Source of the DNA: an uncultured Bacilli bacterium
GTDB lineage: Bacteria; Bacillota_I; Bacilli_A; RF39; UBA660
Direction of reading: 5' to 3'
Length of the DNA: 64,000 nt
Assembly (NCBI GenBank): GCA_944332265.1
Contig: CALVJQ010000005.1
Location: 986-64,985 of the forward strand
Positions 20,012-30,010 of the stretch are shown piece by piece. Position 1 is the stretch's first letter. Each line of letters opens with the position of its first letter. The notes under the pieces are model-generated. The model made no database searches and was not told where the DNA came from. It worked only from the letters and a program-made list of their open reading frames with translations. A program made the translations under genes and the position numbers.

Positions 20012-21763
20012 CTACTTTATTATTTTCATTTGTTTCATTAAGTATTTAGCATTAGTTGTTTTACATTGACCTTCCTTTATTTTATAATCAAATACAATCT
20101 TATCACGATGATATTCTTCACTAAAGTGATAATTTTTTATTATCTTATTATCAAGAGTACAAAGTTCAAAATCATGAGTTGTTAAAAAGACTATACAATT
20201 TAGAGAAGATAATTGTTTTAAGGTTTCTTTAGCACCTAAAATGCGATCATTATAATTTGTTCCTTTAAAAATTTCGTCAATAAAGATTATCATAGGTTCA
20301 GTATTTTTTTCACTATAATCTAATATATCTTTGATACGTTTTAATTCACCATAAAAGGTAGATATTCCTTTACTTATATCATCTTTAACATTAATTGATG
20401 TAAATATTTTAGCAAGAGGAAATTTAAAATAAGATGAATTAACATAAGCTCCGTTATAGGCAAGAACTAAATTTATTCCTATTGTCTTCATAAAAGATGT
20501 TTTACCACTCATATTAGAGCCTGTTATAATATTTATATCTTTTAAACATTTAAAATTATTAGATATACATAGATTTTCATTTAATAAAGGATGTTTAATA
20601 TTAGAAGTTTCTATTTCTAAACTATCACTTATTATAGGTAGAGATGTTTGTTTTTTAACAAAACATATAGTAGTAAAACTTATTAATTTTTCAAATTCTT
20701 CTAAAGAAGAAATACTTGTCTTTAGATAATTTAATTTACTATGTATTAAGTTAGAATAACGATGTATAATAAGAAAATTTAGTGAAAAGAAAATATTAAA
20801 AATTACATAAGTAATAAAGTTTAAGCGATAAGAATTAAGAGAAGCGATTTTAGTTAAAGAATCTAAACTATCTTGTCCTTTCTTTATATTTCGTTGTAAT
20901 TTTTGATTACTTACTGAGGTAAATTCTTCATTTGAAATAAATTTATATATATCATTTAAATAACTAAATTCACGAGCTGTTTTATCGATTATATTAAATT
21001 CTCCTTGATATCTACTACTCATAAAATACGCATATGCTAATTGAATAAGAGAAAAGATTAGAAAAATATATATGGGAAGAATATGAAATAAGGATAAAAT
21101 AGCTGTAATTATAGTTATTATAGATAAAATAAGAGATATAAGATATATTTTTTTATTTTCTGTAAAGTGGGGATTAAAATAATTAAAAATTGCAGAATAG
21201 TCAATCTCTTTTATATTATCAATATTAGAAAGTTTATATTGAAAATCGAGAATAAAATTTTGTTTGTCTTTTAATTCTTTAATAGAAGACTGATTATTTA
21301 TAATAGTTTTTTTATTATAATTAGTTAATGATAAGGCAGATATTAATTTTTTTAAACCACCTAAAGAATTAGTAAAATTTATATATTTTAAAAGAGAATT
21401 ATTACCTATTATATCCAGATCTATAATTGGATTAGCATATTCACCTTCTTGATTAAGATATTCTTCTTGCCATTTAGAAGATAAACGATTTTCATAACGG
21501 GAAATTATTTCTAAATATTTATTAATTTTTTTGATTTCTTTTATTACACGACTATGAATTATAACTAGAATAATAAAGAAAAAGAAAAAAATAAGAGCTA
21601 TTATTAAATATAAATAATTTTTTGTTGTTAAATAAACAATAAATGGAATTATAGCAAGGATAAAGACTACTAATCTAATATAAGATAAAGTATTACTTTT
21701 TTGTTCTTTTATTTTTTTCTTAATTATACTTTCATATTTAATTCTAGATAATTTTTGATCCAT
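20012..21763 (-). CDS. Membrane-anchored MutS-family ATPase (domain V only)
   Basis: Walker A GSNMSGKTSFMKT and Walker B IIFIDEIFKGTN. Several N-terminal and central TM helices. No mismatch-binding domain. Confidence 0.7.
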   Translation of the reverse strand: MDQKLSRIKYESIIKKKIKEQKSNTLSYIRLVVFILAIIPFIVYLTTKNYLYLIIALIFFFFFIILVIIHSRVIKEIKKINKYLEIISRYENRLSSKWQEEYLNQEGEYANPIIDLDIIGNNSLLKYINFTNSLGGLKKLISALSLTNYNKKTIINNQSSIKELKDKQNFILDFQYKLSNIDNIKEIDYSAIFNYFNPHFTENKKIYLISLILSIITIITAILSLFHILPIYIFLIFSLIQLAYAYFMSSRYQGEFNIIDKTAREFSYLNDIYKFISNEEFTSVSNQKLQRNIKKGQDSLDSLTKIASLNSYRLNFITYVIFNIFFSLNFLIIHRYSNLIHSKLNYLKTSISSLEEFEKLISFTTICFVKKQTSLPIISDSLEIETSNIKHPLLNENLCISNNFKCLKDINIITGSNMSGKTSFMKTIGINLVLAYNGAYVNSSYFKFPLAKIFTSINVKDDISKGISTFYGELKRIKDILDYSEKNTEPMIIFIDEIFKGTNYNDRILGAKETLKQLSSLNCIVFLTTHDFELCTLDNKIIKNYHFSEEYHRDKIVFDYKIKEGQCKTTNAKYLMKQMKIIK

Positions 21764-21821
21764 AATATCACCCTTTATTAATTTATTTTATCATATATAT
21801 AGAAAAAAAGATTAGTAAAAA

Positions 21822-22805
21822 CTAATCTTGGAATTTTAATAATTCATTATTATACTCTTTATATAATATATCTTTTTCTTCTGATGATAAGAAAGTATGC
21901 ATGATAGAATTTTTGTTAATATTGATTAAGTCATTGATAGTAAAATTTAAATTGTCTATTAAATATTGATATTCTTTAGTTAAGGTTGTATTAGAAACTG
22001 TTCGGTTATCAGTATTTATAGATATAGGGATAAAATTATCATAGAATTTTTTTATAGGATGTTCTTGATAATTTTTAAAGATTGATGTTTGAATATTACT
22101 GGTGGGACAGATTTCTAATAATATATTTTTCTTTTTAACTAATTTTATTAAATCAGAACTTTCTGTTATTCTTACACCATGACCAATTCTTTTAGCACCA
22201 AAAGATATAGCAGAAGAAATACTATCTTTACCATCTGCTTCACCAGCATGAATTGTAAAAGGAATTTTATTTTTCTTAGCTATGGCAAATAAAGGTTGAA
22301 AACTTTCTGTTTTATATAGGGCTTCTGCTCCAGCTAAGTCAATAGCACAGACTCCATGATTTAAATATTTTTTAGCTAATTCGATTACTTGTTCATTTTC
22401 TGCAAACGAAGAATCACGCATCATACATAGTATTAAATTAGTCTTTAAATCTACTTTTTTCAGTCCTGATAGAACGCTTTCAACGACTTCTTCTTTAGTT
22501 AAACCACCTTTTAAATGTTTCATAGGAGCAAAGCGAATCTCAGCATAGATGACATTTTCTTTCTTTAAATTTAAAGCTAAATTTTCAGCAAATAAGCAGA
22601 TATTTTCTTTTGTTTGTAATAGTTTTTCAGGTAATGAAAATTTAGTTAAATATTCATTTAAATTACGGCAATCACGAGATACTTGTAATTCTTTTTCTAT
22701 TTCTTCTAAAGGTTTATTTAAAATAGAACTTGCTATTTTAGGACTTATAGAACCATCAAAATGAAGATGAAGTTCTATCTTAGGTAAATTAATTAAAGAT
22801 TTCAT
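21822..22805 (-). CDS. add: Adenosine deaminase
   Basis: ELHLHFDGS metal motif and HAGE...SINTDN. 327 aa. Confidence 0.9.
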   Translation of the reverse strand: MKSLINLPKIELHLHFDGSISPKIASSILNKPLEEIEKELQVSRDCRNLNEYLTKFSLPEKLLQTKENICLFAENLALNLKKENVIYAEIRFAPMKHLKGGLTKEEVVESVLSGLKKVDLKTNLILCMMRDSSFAENEQVIELAKKYLNHGVCAIDLAGAEALYKTESFQPLFAIAKKNKIPFTIHAGEADGKDSISSAISFGAKRIGHGVRITESSDLIKLVKKKNILLEICPTSNIQTSIFKNYQEHPIKKFYDNFIPISINTDNRTVSNTTLTKEYQYLIDNLNFTINDLININKNSIMHTFLSSEEKDILYKEYNNELLKFQD

Positions 22806-23512
22806 AGTTTTAAAATACTCTCTAGAGCTAATTTAAGCATATCGTTTACTTTATTTTGACGGAAATTACTATCAGCTCGAATACCTGTAACTAAGTTATC
22901 TGTAACAGTTAAGATTTCAGTAGCCTTTTTGCCAAATTTAGTTGCATTATGTAATAAAGAGAAAGATTCCATTTCACAAGCTAAACAATCACGTTCTTCT
23001 AGTAACTTAGTGGAAGATGATTTATCTTCTTCATAAAAAACATCACTACAATGAATATTTCCACTTACTATTTTCATATTTAATTCTTGAGCAGTAGTTG
23101 TAATTATATTATTTAATGAAGAAGATGATGATACTAAATGTTTATCTTGTTTATCTTGAACTAGGGCATATGTAGATTCAGAATAAGAATTATTTACAAG
23201 GAGAAGATCTCCTAAATCTAAATCTTTAGTATAAGTTCCACATGTTCCTACTTTAATAATATAATCAACATGGTAAAATTTAAATAATTCATAAGAGTAT
23301 ATGCCCATACTAGGAATACCCATGCCTGATGGCATTATAGTAATTTTCTTTCCTTTATATGTTCCAGTATATGTTATCATTCCACGGACATTACTTACTA
23401 TTTGATACTCATCTAAAAAGTTATCAGCAATTAGGGATGCACGATTTGGATCACCTGGCATTATTACAATATTAGCAATTTCTTCTTCTTTGGCATCAAT
23501 ATGTGGTGTCAT
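22802..23512 (-). CDS. deoD: Purine nucleoside phosphorylase, DeoD type
   Basis: N-terminus MTPHIDAKEEEIANIVIMPGDPNRA closely parallels DeoD. The stop overlaps the add start by 4 nt. Confidence 0.85.
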   Translation of the reverse strand: MTPHIDAKEEEIANIVIMPGDPNRASLIADNFLDEYQIVSNVRGMITYTGTYKGKKITIMPSGMGIPSMGIYSYELFKFYHVDYIIKVGTCGTYTKDLDLGDLLLVNNSYSESTYALVQDKQDKHLVSSSSSLNNIITTTAQELNMKIVSGNIHCSDVFYEEDKSSSTKLLEERDCLACEMESFSLLHNATKFGKKATEILTVTDNLVTGIRADSNFRQNKVNDMLKLALESILKL

Positions 23513-23573
23513 AAAATTCCTCCTTAGTATATAAATATATTATAACAAATTTAATAAAATTAAAAAAGAACGA

Positions 23574-24866
23574 TTAGTTCTTTTTTATAGGGATTAAGAT
23601 TTCTTTACCACCCATATATGGTTGTAATACTTTTGGGATTTTAACAGTTCCATCGCTTTGATAGTTGTTTTCTAGTAAGGCTATTAATCCTCTTGGAGTT
23701 GCTACTACGGTATTATTTAATGTATGAAGATAATAAGTTCCTTTTTCACCCTTAGTACGAATGCCTAAACGTCTTGCTTGGGCATCTCCTAAATTAGAGC
23801 AACTTGCTACTTCAAAGTATTTTTGTTGACGTGGACTCCACGCTTCAATGTCACAAGATTTAACTTTAAGATCAGCTAAATCACCACTACAGCATTCTAG
23901 TTGACGTACAGGAATATCCCAACTCCTAAATAAATCAACTGTTAATTTCCACATTTTATTGTACCAATCCATTGATTCTTCTGGTTCACAAATAACAATC
24001 ATTTCTTGTTTCTCGAATTGATGAACACGATATAGTCCTCTTTCTTCTAAACCATGAGAACCACCTTCTTTTCTAAAACAAGGTGAATATGATGTCATGT
24101 TAATTGGTAAAGCATCATTTTTAATAATTTGATCTTTAAATTTACCAATCATTGAATGTTCACTAGTACCAATTAAATATAAATCTTCGCCTTCTATTTT
24201 ATACATCATAGCTTCCATTTCAGGGAATGACATAACACCTGTTACGACATCACCATGAATCATGAATGGTGGTATAGCATAAGTAAAGCCATTATCAATC
24301 ATATAATCTCTAGCATATGCAATCATAGCTTCGTGTAATCTAGCAATATCGCCAAGTAAGTAGTAAAAACCTTCCCCACTAGTACGACCAGCAGATTCTT
24401 TATCAAGGCCATTAAATGAAGCAGCAATATCTGCATGATATGGAATTTCATAATCAGGAACTACTGGTTCACCAAATCTTTCTACTTCAACATTTTCACT
24501 ATCATCTTTACCAATAGGAACTGATGGATCCATAATATTAGGAATAACCATCATACGATTTTTTATTTCCTTATCTAATTCTTCTTTAGTTTTTTCTAAC
24601 TTAGTTATTTCATCAGCCATTTGAGCTATTTCTTCTTTTATTTTGTTGGCTTCTTCGATTTTTTTATCTTTCATTAATTTACCAATTTCGCCACTCATTT
24701 TATTTTTATTAGCTTTTAAATTGTCTGATGTAGTTTGAGCTTCACGAGCTTTAATATCCATCTCATAAACTTCATCAACTAATGGTAATTTTTCATCTTG
24801 AAATTTTTTCTTTATATTTTCCTTTACTAATTCTCTATTTTCTCTAATTAATTTAATATCTATCAT
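23574..24866 (-). CDS. serS: Serine--tRNA ligase
   Basis: 430 aa with an N-terminal coiled-coil arm and class II core motifs (FRKEGGSHG..., GDLA..., TLNNTVVATPR). Confidence 0.97.
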   Translation of the reverse strand: MIDIKLIRENRELVKENIKKKFQDEKLPLVDEVYEMDIKAREAQTTSDNLKANKNKMSGEIGKLMKDKKIEEANKIKEEIAQMADEITKLEKTKEELDKEIKNRMMVIPNIMDPSVPIGKDDSENVEVERFGEPVVPDYEIPYHADIAASFNGLDKESAGRTSGEGFYYLLGDIARLHEAMIAYARDYMIDNGFTYAIPPFMIHGDVVTGVMSFPEMEAMMYKIEGEDLYLIGTSEHSMIGKFKDQIIKNDALPINMTSYSPCFRKEGGSHGLEERGLYRVHQFEKQEMIVICEPEESMDWYNKMWKLTVDLFRSWDIPVRQLECCSGDLADLKVKSCDIEAWSPRQQKYFEVASCSNLGDAQARRLGIRTKGEKGTYYLHTLNNTVVATPRGLIALLENNYQSDGTVKIPKVLQPYMGGKEILIPIKKN

Positions 24867-24868
24867 TT

Positions 24869-25795
24869 TTAATTCCTCCTAAATAATTTATTATAACTAT
24901 TTTCATACATTATTTTATTTATATTACATATGTTATTCTTACTTAATAATTCTTTTAATTCAGTTTTAATATTTTGATATGGAAATACTTGAATATCATC
25001 ACTATTTCCTAGTAATTCATAATCATATTTCATATCATCAGTAGAAACGGCAACGCAATCATCTCCTAATAAAGAAATTATATGTTTTATATGTTCCACA
25101 TATTTTTCTTTTAGGACTTGAATATTAGTACTAGATGAAACGAATGGCCCATAGGATACTATTCCAATAAGGGGGTTTAGCTCTTTTAAACTAATTATTT
25201 GTTCATCAGTTAAATTGCGAGGATTTGGGCAGATACTATAGCAGTTAGAATGACTTACAATCACTTTTATATCTTTATTTTTCTTTTTTTCTTCTTTTAA
25301 GAGTTTTAAAGTATCATTAAAGGTATTATGATTCATATGTGATAAGTCTATAGAAATGCCTAAGTCAATCGCTTTTTTTAAGAAGCTAATACCTTTATTA
25401 GTTAAGCCACTATCACTACGATTGCCGGAGCCATATTTATTTTGATTATTCCAAACAAGCAGAATATTACGAAGACCTAATTTATATAATTCTTCTAATT
25501 CTTTTTCATCTTTAATATAATCACAACCTTCGATACTAAAGATGGCATTAAGATTAGGAAAGTGTTGATGAAATAATGAAGTAGAAATCTTAAACATATC
25601 AAGAACTGATATTTTTTGGTATTTATCACCCATTTCTCTTTTCATTTCTTCTTCATTCATAAAATAAAGATTACAAACAATATGGGTAACACCAGAACTT
25701 GAAAGACGTCTTTTTATTTCTTCTAAATAATTAAAATCTTCTTTTAAATAGCAGTAATAAAGAATCGATAATAAATCATAATGTAAATCGATCAT
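24869..25795 (-). CDS. M19 (renal-type) dipeptidase family protein
   Basis: MIDLHYDLL start and SHSNCYSICPNPRNLTDEQI, which resembles the M19 signature. Confidence 0.65.
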   Translation of the reverse strand: MIDLHYDLLSILYYCYLKEDFNYLEEIKRRLSSSGVTHIVCNLYFMNEEEMKREMGDKYQKISVLDMFKISTSLFHQHFPNLNAIFSIEGCDYIKDEKELEELYKLGLRNILLVWNNQNKYGSGNRSDSGLTNKGISFLKKAIDLGISIDLSHMNHNTFNDTLKLLKEEKKKNKDIKVIVSHSNCYSICPNPRNLTDEQIISLKELNPLIGIVSYGPFVSSSTNIQVLKEKYVEHIKHIISLLGDDCVAVSTDDMKYDYELLGNSDDIQVFPYQNIKTELKELLSKNNICNINKIMYENSYNKLFRRN

Positions 25796-26301
25796 AATTT
25801 TTCTCCTTTTTCTTTTAAGATGTTTTTAAGTCTTTCTAGTTCATCTTTATACTTATTATATAATCTTTTTCTAGTTAGTTCATCTAATTTGGCTAATCTA
25901 TTTAAGTCACAATTATCTTGAATATCAGACAATTTTAATTTGAGAGCTTCAAGATTATTGGATTTTATTAACTTAGTAATGCGATTATGATAACTTTGAA
26001 TGCTTTTTTTATCTTTAGTTACTAATCTTACTAATTCAATAATTGTTTCATTAAAGTTTAAGTTTCTTAAATCGTCATAAGTAAAATTAGGAATATCTTC
26101 TATTGTATCATGGAGTAATCCTGCTACTTTGGTGTTATAGTTGCTTAATTTAGAACTAACTCTAATTAAGTGATTAATATAGGGTTTTCCTTCTTTGTCT
26201 TTTTTATCTTTAAAGAGTATTTCGACTAATTTTAGAGCTCTTTTATAATCATCTTTAATAGTTTGTAAATCTTTAACAGTTTGAGAATCTAAATTATTCA
26301 T
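25792..26301 (-). CDS. HD-domain protein resembling the RelA/SpoT hydrolase module (small alarmone hydrolase-like)
   Basis: 169 aa with YINHLIRV...LLHDTIED. Overlaps both neighbouring genes. Confidence 0.65.
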   Translation of the reverse strand: MNNLDSQTVKDLQTIKDDYKRALKLVEILFKDKKDKEGKPYINHLIRVSSKLSNYNTKVAGLLHDTIEDIPNFTYDDLRNLNFNETIIELVRLVTKDKKSIQSYHNRITKLIKSNNLEALKLKLSDIQDNCDLNRLAKLDELTRKRLYNKYKDELERLKNILKEKGEKL

Positions 26302-26731
26302 TAATCTTTAATCCTCTTTCTTCTAAATATTTCATAAGACACTTTTTAGATGGTGAATATAGATTAGTTGGTAGATTATGGATATCAAACCACTCCCAAC
26401 GATCAATTTTATTTGGTTCCATAACCATTAGGCTGCCTTCATATTTATCAGTTATAAGATCAATTGTTACAAAGTGACGGTCTTTAGCGATATCGTCCGA
26501 GACATAGAATACACGTAGATCTTTAACTAGTATGTTTGTTTCTTCTTTAACTTCTCTTATACCAGCTTCAAATATTGTTTCTTTATATTCTTGTTTACCA
26601 CCTGGTAAAGTCCATGAATCAGGTTCATAAATGCCACCAGTATCACTAGCTTTTTTCGTCCGATGACCTAATAAAACTTTATTATTATCAATAATTAGAA
26701 CACCAATGCCTACTTTTATTATTTGATTCAT
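26294..26731 (-). CDS. NUDIX hydrolase
   Basis: Nudix box GKQEYKETIFEAGIREVKEETNI. Start moved to ATG 26731 after AGGAGG; the track start lies inside the T-box terminator. Confidence 0.85.
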   Translation of the reverse strand: MNQIIKVGIGVLIIDNNKVLLGHRTKKASDTGGIYEPDSWTLPGGKQEYKETIFEAGIREVKEETNILVKDLRVFYVSDDIAKDRHFVTIDLITDKYEGSLMVMEPNKIDRWEWFDIHNLPTNLYSPSKKCLMKYLEERGLKINE

Positions 26732-26743
26732 AATATTCCTCCT

Positions 26744-26943
26744 AAAAAAAGGATGGTACTTAAGGAGTGCTTTTAGCACGGTACCATCCTTTATTTAACT
26801 TAATTATAGATAACGGGAATTACCCGGCAGGGATTAGCTGCTCTAGAAAGGAGATTCATTTAAGACTTAGATTCATTTGCATCAACCATGAACTTTCTTA
26901 ACTAAGTTTCTTAAATTACTTGTCTTTCTTTATAACGATTTAT
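26744..26943 (-). promoter_or_regulatory. T-box riboswitch leader, probable Ser (UCU) specifier, upstream of the Nudix-HD-dipeptidase-serS operon
   Basis: Read on the minus strand. Promoter is TTGACA (26973-26978), 17-nt spacer, TAAAAT (26950-26955). The leader has an AGTA motif, a stem TTCAT/ATGAA followed directly by TCT-A (26869-26871), F-box CCGTTA, and T-box core GGATGGTACCGTGC (26777-26789). Terminator is GGATGGTAC/GTACCATCC plus T7. Confidence 0.8.
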
Positions 26944-26981
26944 GTGTTTATTTTATTATTTTTTACTTAGAATGTCAATTG

Positions 26982-28346
26982 TTACATATTCATTTTACTT
27001 AAAGCATAAACAGCTAAAGCTATAATACCAATAGTAGCAAATAAAACAATAGTTACAATTATTAAAAGAATTGTACTCCCTTTATCATCATCTAAAGCAG
27101 CATAATTATCAACAAAAGGAGTTATACGACTATTATAAGCTAAATCATTATCTAAATAGCGATTTTCATCTTCTGGTGTATCAGGAGTAACTACTTTTTT
27201 TGCTTGGACTGCTTCAGTTATCATCTTAAAGTTATTAGAAACAATCTTATAATATTTACTATACTCTGTATATTCTAAGTGTTCTTTAATTACTTGATTA
27301 ATTATAGGAAATAAAGATTCTTTATTATTTGTTATTAATGATAATATATCTTTTATTTCAGGGTAATAATATTTAATTAAAGTATTAAGTAATTCTTTTT
27401 TATCAACAATAAAGAAATTACAAATAGTTTGTGTATCCTTTAAAGAAGATAAGTTTATAGTATATTTATTATATGATGGAGATAAACGATATGTATATTG
27501 TAAAGATGTCTTATTGATTATAATACCAATATTAGATAAATTATTATTTAAACTATTAGTTAGTAATTCGAAGATTTTCATATTCAAATAATCATGAGTT
27601 AGTTTTAGAATATTTTCTTCACTAATATCTGGTAAAGCTTTAAATAGTTTTAAAACGTATTCAATATTTTGATGATATGCAGAAACTGATTTAATCTCTT
27701 TAAGACCATGTTTAACATTTTTATCATGATAATCAATTAATTCTTGAGTCAAATTAAATTTAGGAGATTCTTCTTTAATAAAACGAAGAGTTTCTTCTAA
27801 ATTAAGAAAACGTTCTTTTTTGTTAACAAAAGAAATATTAACTATACCTTTAGGATTCATTTTTTCATCAAAAATACGATATGTATTAGCATATGGAATA
27901 TTTAAAAGATAAGCAATATCACTCATTATTAATTCATAATCATTATTAATACTATTTTCTTTTTTAAAACCTTTTTTATCATTATTAATATTAACTAGTT
28001 TTAAGTATGGATTTACATCTTTTATATCAGATATATAAGCTTGTTCTAGGACTTTAACGCCTTGTTCATATGATAATAGATAGCAGTTATTACCTTTTTT
28101 TAATTTATCAATACTAGCTAAATAATATTCTTTTAAGGAAGCTAAATATTTATTATGGTTTATTTTACGTACTTGATTAGAGAATTTATTATCAATTAAA
28201 GTACATACTTCAGTTAAAGTTTTATCAGATGAAGATAATTTTTCAGCTAAAGAATTTATTTTTTCTTCACTATATTCTTTACCTAATTCTTCTAATAAAC
28301 TTAAACGTTCTTTTATATGAGCTATAATTAGTTGTTTTCTATCCAT
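26982..28346 (-). CDS. Hypothetical protein with C-terminal membrane anchor
   Basis: 454-aa ORF, soluble N-terminal ~420 aa, single C-terminal TM (ILLIIVTIVLFATIGIIALAVYAL). No family recognised. Confidence 0.5.
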   Translation of the reverse strand: MDRKQLIIAHIKERLSLLEELGKEYSEEKINSLAEKLSSSDKTLTEVCTLIDNKFSNQVRKINHNKYLASLKEYYLASIDKLKKGNNCYLLSYEQGVKVLEQAYISDIKDVNPYLKLVNINNDKKGFKKENSINNDYELIMSDIAYLLNIPYANTYRIFDEKMNPKGIVNISFVNKKERFLNLEETLRFIKEESPKFNLTQELIDYHDKNVKHGLKEIKSVSAYHQNIEYVLKLFKALPDISEENILKLTHDYLNMKIFELLTNSLNNNLSNIGIIINKTSLQYTYRLSPSYNKYTINLSSLKDTQTICNFFIVDKKELLNTLIKYYYPEIKDILSLITNNKESLFPIINQVIKEHLEYTEYSKYYKIVSNNFKMITEAVQAKKVVTPDTPEDENRYLDNDLAYNSRITPFVDNYAALDDDKGSTILLIIVTIVLFATIGIIALAVYALSKMNM

Positions 28347-28402
28347 AATATAAGCACCTCTACTCTTTTAACATTATAACATAAATATCTTTCTTTAGGG
28401 AA

Positions 28403-28915
28403 TTAACTGATTTTTTTTAATGGTATTAGAGATACTTTTACAGTACCAATAATATCATTTTCACTAATTGAACTAATATGAATATTACGGCTATCTAAGG
28501 AATCAGCACGATTATCACCTAATACAAAGTATTTATTAGAAGGTACTTTGTAAGGAAGAGTTATTTCAATATCTCCTTTAGCTTTATTAGGTAAATAAGG
28601 TTCATTTAGTAGTTCATCATTTATATAGATATTACCATCTTCATCAATATCTATAATATCATTAGGTAAACCGATTATTCTTTTTATCATAACATTATCT
28701 TTGTAATGAAAAGCTATTATATCTCCTCTATTATAAAAAGATTTATATGATAGAACATATTCATCTTCAATTAAAGTTGGTGACATACTAGTTCCATTTA
28801 TTTTGTATATTCTAATATTTAAAAATAAGATTAAGAATAGGATTATAATTAGAATTATAGCTGTAATAATTACTACTATTTTAGATATTGATATTTTGTT
28901 TTTAGAATAATTCAT
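28403..28915 (-). CDS. lepB: Signal peptidase I
   Basis: Catalytic Ser box GTSMSPTL, Lys box KRIIGLPND, and GDNRADSLDSR. Start moved to ATG 28915 after AGGTGA. Confidence 0.9.
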   Translation of the reverse strand: MNYSKNKISISKIVVIITAIILIIILFLILFLNIRIYKINGTSMSPTLIEDEYVLSYKSFYNRGDIIAFHYKDNVMIKRIIGLPNDIIDIDEDGNIYINDELLNEPYLPNKAKGDIEITLPYKVPSNKYFVLGDNRADSLDSRNIHISSISENDIIGTVKVSLIPLKKIS

Positions 28916-28967
28916 ATTGTTCACCTACTCTTTATTTATTTTAACATAAAAAAAGACGATATTTATT

Positions 28968-29282
28968 TTAATTAGATAATTCGTCTAGTTTTTTTTGTAA
29001 ATCTTTAACTTTTTGAGTTATTTTGGTTTTCTCAGCTTCTTCTAGTTTATACCAACCATTATTCCATGCTAGTTCATATGCTTCTTGTTGAAGAGATATA
29101 CAAGTATTATAAATAGTTGTTAATTCATTATATAAATTATTATTACTAGCTTCAGTTAAGGAAGTACACATATTTTTCGTTATTTCTTTTTCGTTACTTA
29201 AAATATCATTTAAATAATCACGATCATTAAAAGTAATCGTTTTAGAAACTTCTGTTTCTTCACAGCAAATTTTATTAGCCAT
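28968..29282 (-). CDS. CotF-like spore coat protein domain
   Basis: 104 aa. DRDYLNDILSNEKEITKNMCTSLTEASNNNLYNEL matches the Coat F pattern. Confidence 0.6.
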   Translation of the reverse strand: MANKICCEETEVSKTITFNDRDYLNDILSNEKEITKNMCTSLTEASNNNLYNELTTIYNTCISLQQEAYELAWNNGWYKLEEAEKTKITQKVKDLQKKLDELSN

Positions 29283-29283
29283 A

Positions 29284-29490
29284 TTATTCTGTACCTCCTA
29301 AAATAGTAAGAATTTTTTCACATATTTTTTTGTGTTTTTTATGTACTTCGTTAATAAATTTAGAAATGTTTTCATTCTCTACTTCTTCTTTATACATATA
29401 TGCTTTTTTACATAAAGTAAAATGCCAGTTAAACATATCTTCTAAATAAGATAAATCTTTTGTAGAAATTATATTTGGTACTTGTTTCAT
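29284..29490 (-). CDS. Small hypothetical protein paired with the CotF-like gene
   Basis: 68 aa from ATG 29490 (RBS AAAGGATGA). The longer track ORF begins inside the sufU terminator. Confidence 0.4.
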   Translation of the reverse strand: MKQVPNIISTKDLSYLEDMFNWHFTLCKKAYMYKEEVENENISKFINEVHKKHKKICEKILTILGGTE

Positions 29491-29540
29491 TAAATCATCC
29501 TTTCTATATATAGTATTTTTATTTTTTAGATGATTTATAC

Positions 29541-29580
29541 ATAAAAAAAATAAAAGCAGTAGATTATTTTCTACTGCTTT
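29541..29580 (-). terminator. Rho-independent terminator ending the suf operon
   Basis: Stem AAAGCAGTAG/CTACTGCTTT followed by a T-run on the minus strand. It overlaps the last sufU codons. Confidence 0.6.
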
Positions 29581-30001
29581 CATATTCTGCTATAGCTTTT
29601 TCAATTCCATGCCATGGAATTGTAGCACAACCTATTCTATTTTGTTGTTTATAGATATCTTCATAACAATTAGCTTCTCCTAATAATTCCTCATCATATG
29701 GTTTTTCATTTATCATATTATAATAATTTTGCATAATGTTTTTAACTTCATTAATAGTTTTACCAATTAATAGTTTTATCATAATAGATGTAGCTGAGGT
29801 TGATATAGCACAAGCTTCACCATCAAAATAAAGATCTTTTATCTTATCATTTTCAAATAAAATATATAAATCAATATCATCTATACAAGTTTCACTTTTT
29901 GATTTTATTACTTTGTACTTTTTATCTTCTATTTTTTGACGATTAGTTGGGTTTTGATAATTTTCCATAATAATTTCTCTTTTTATTTCAGGATCTAACA
30001 T
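29564..30001 (-). CDS. sufU: SufU/IscU-like Fe-S scaffold / sulfur acceptor
   Basis: DGEACAISTSATS motif and a conserved C-terminal Cys (GCATIPWH). Start moved to ATG 30001 after AGGTGA. Confidence 0.85.
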   Translation of the reverse strand: MLDPEIKREIIMENYQNPTNRQKIEDKKYKVIKSKSETCIDDIDLYILFENDKIKDLYFDGEACAISTSATSIMIKLLIGKTINEVKNIMQNYYNMINEKPYDEELLGEANCYEDIYKQQNRIGCATIPWHGIEKAIAEYESSRK

Positions 30002-30010
30002 TTTTATCAC

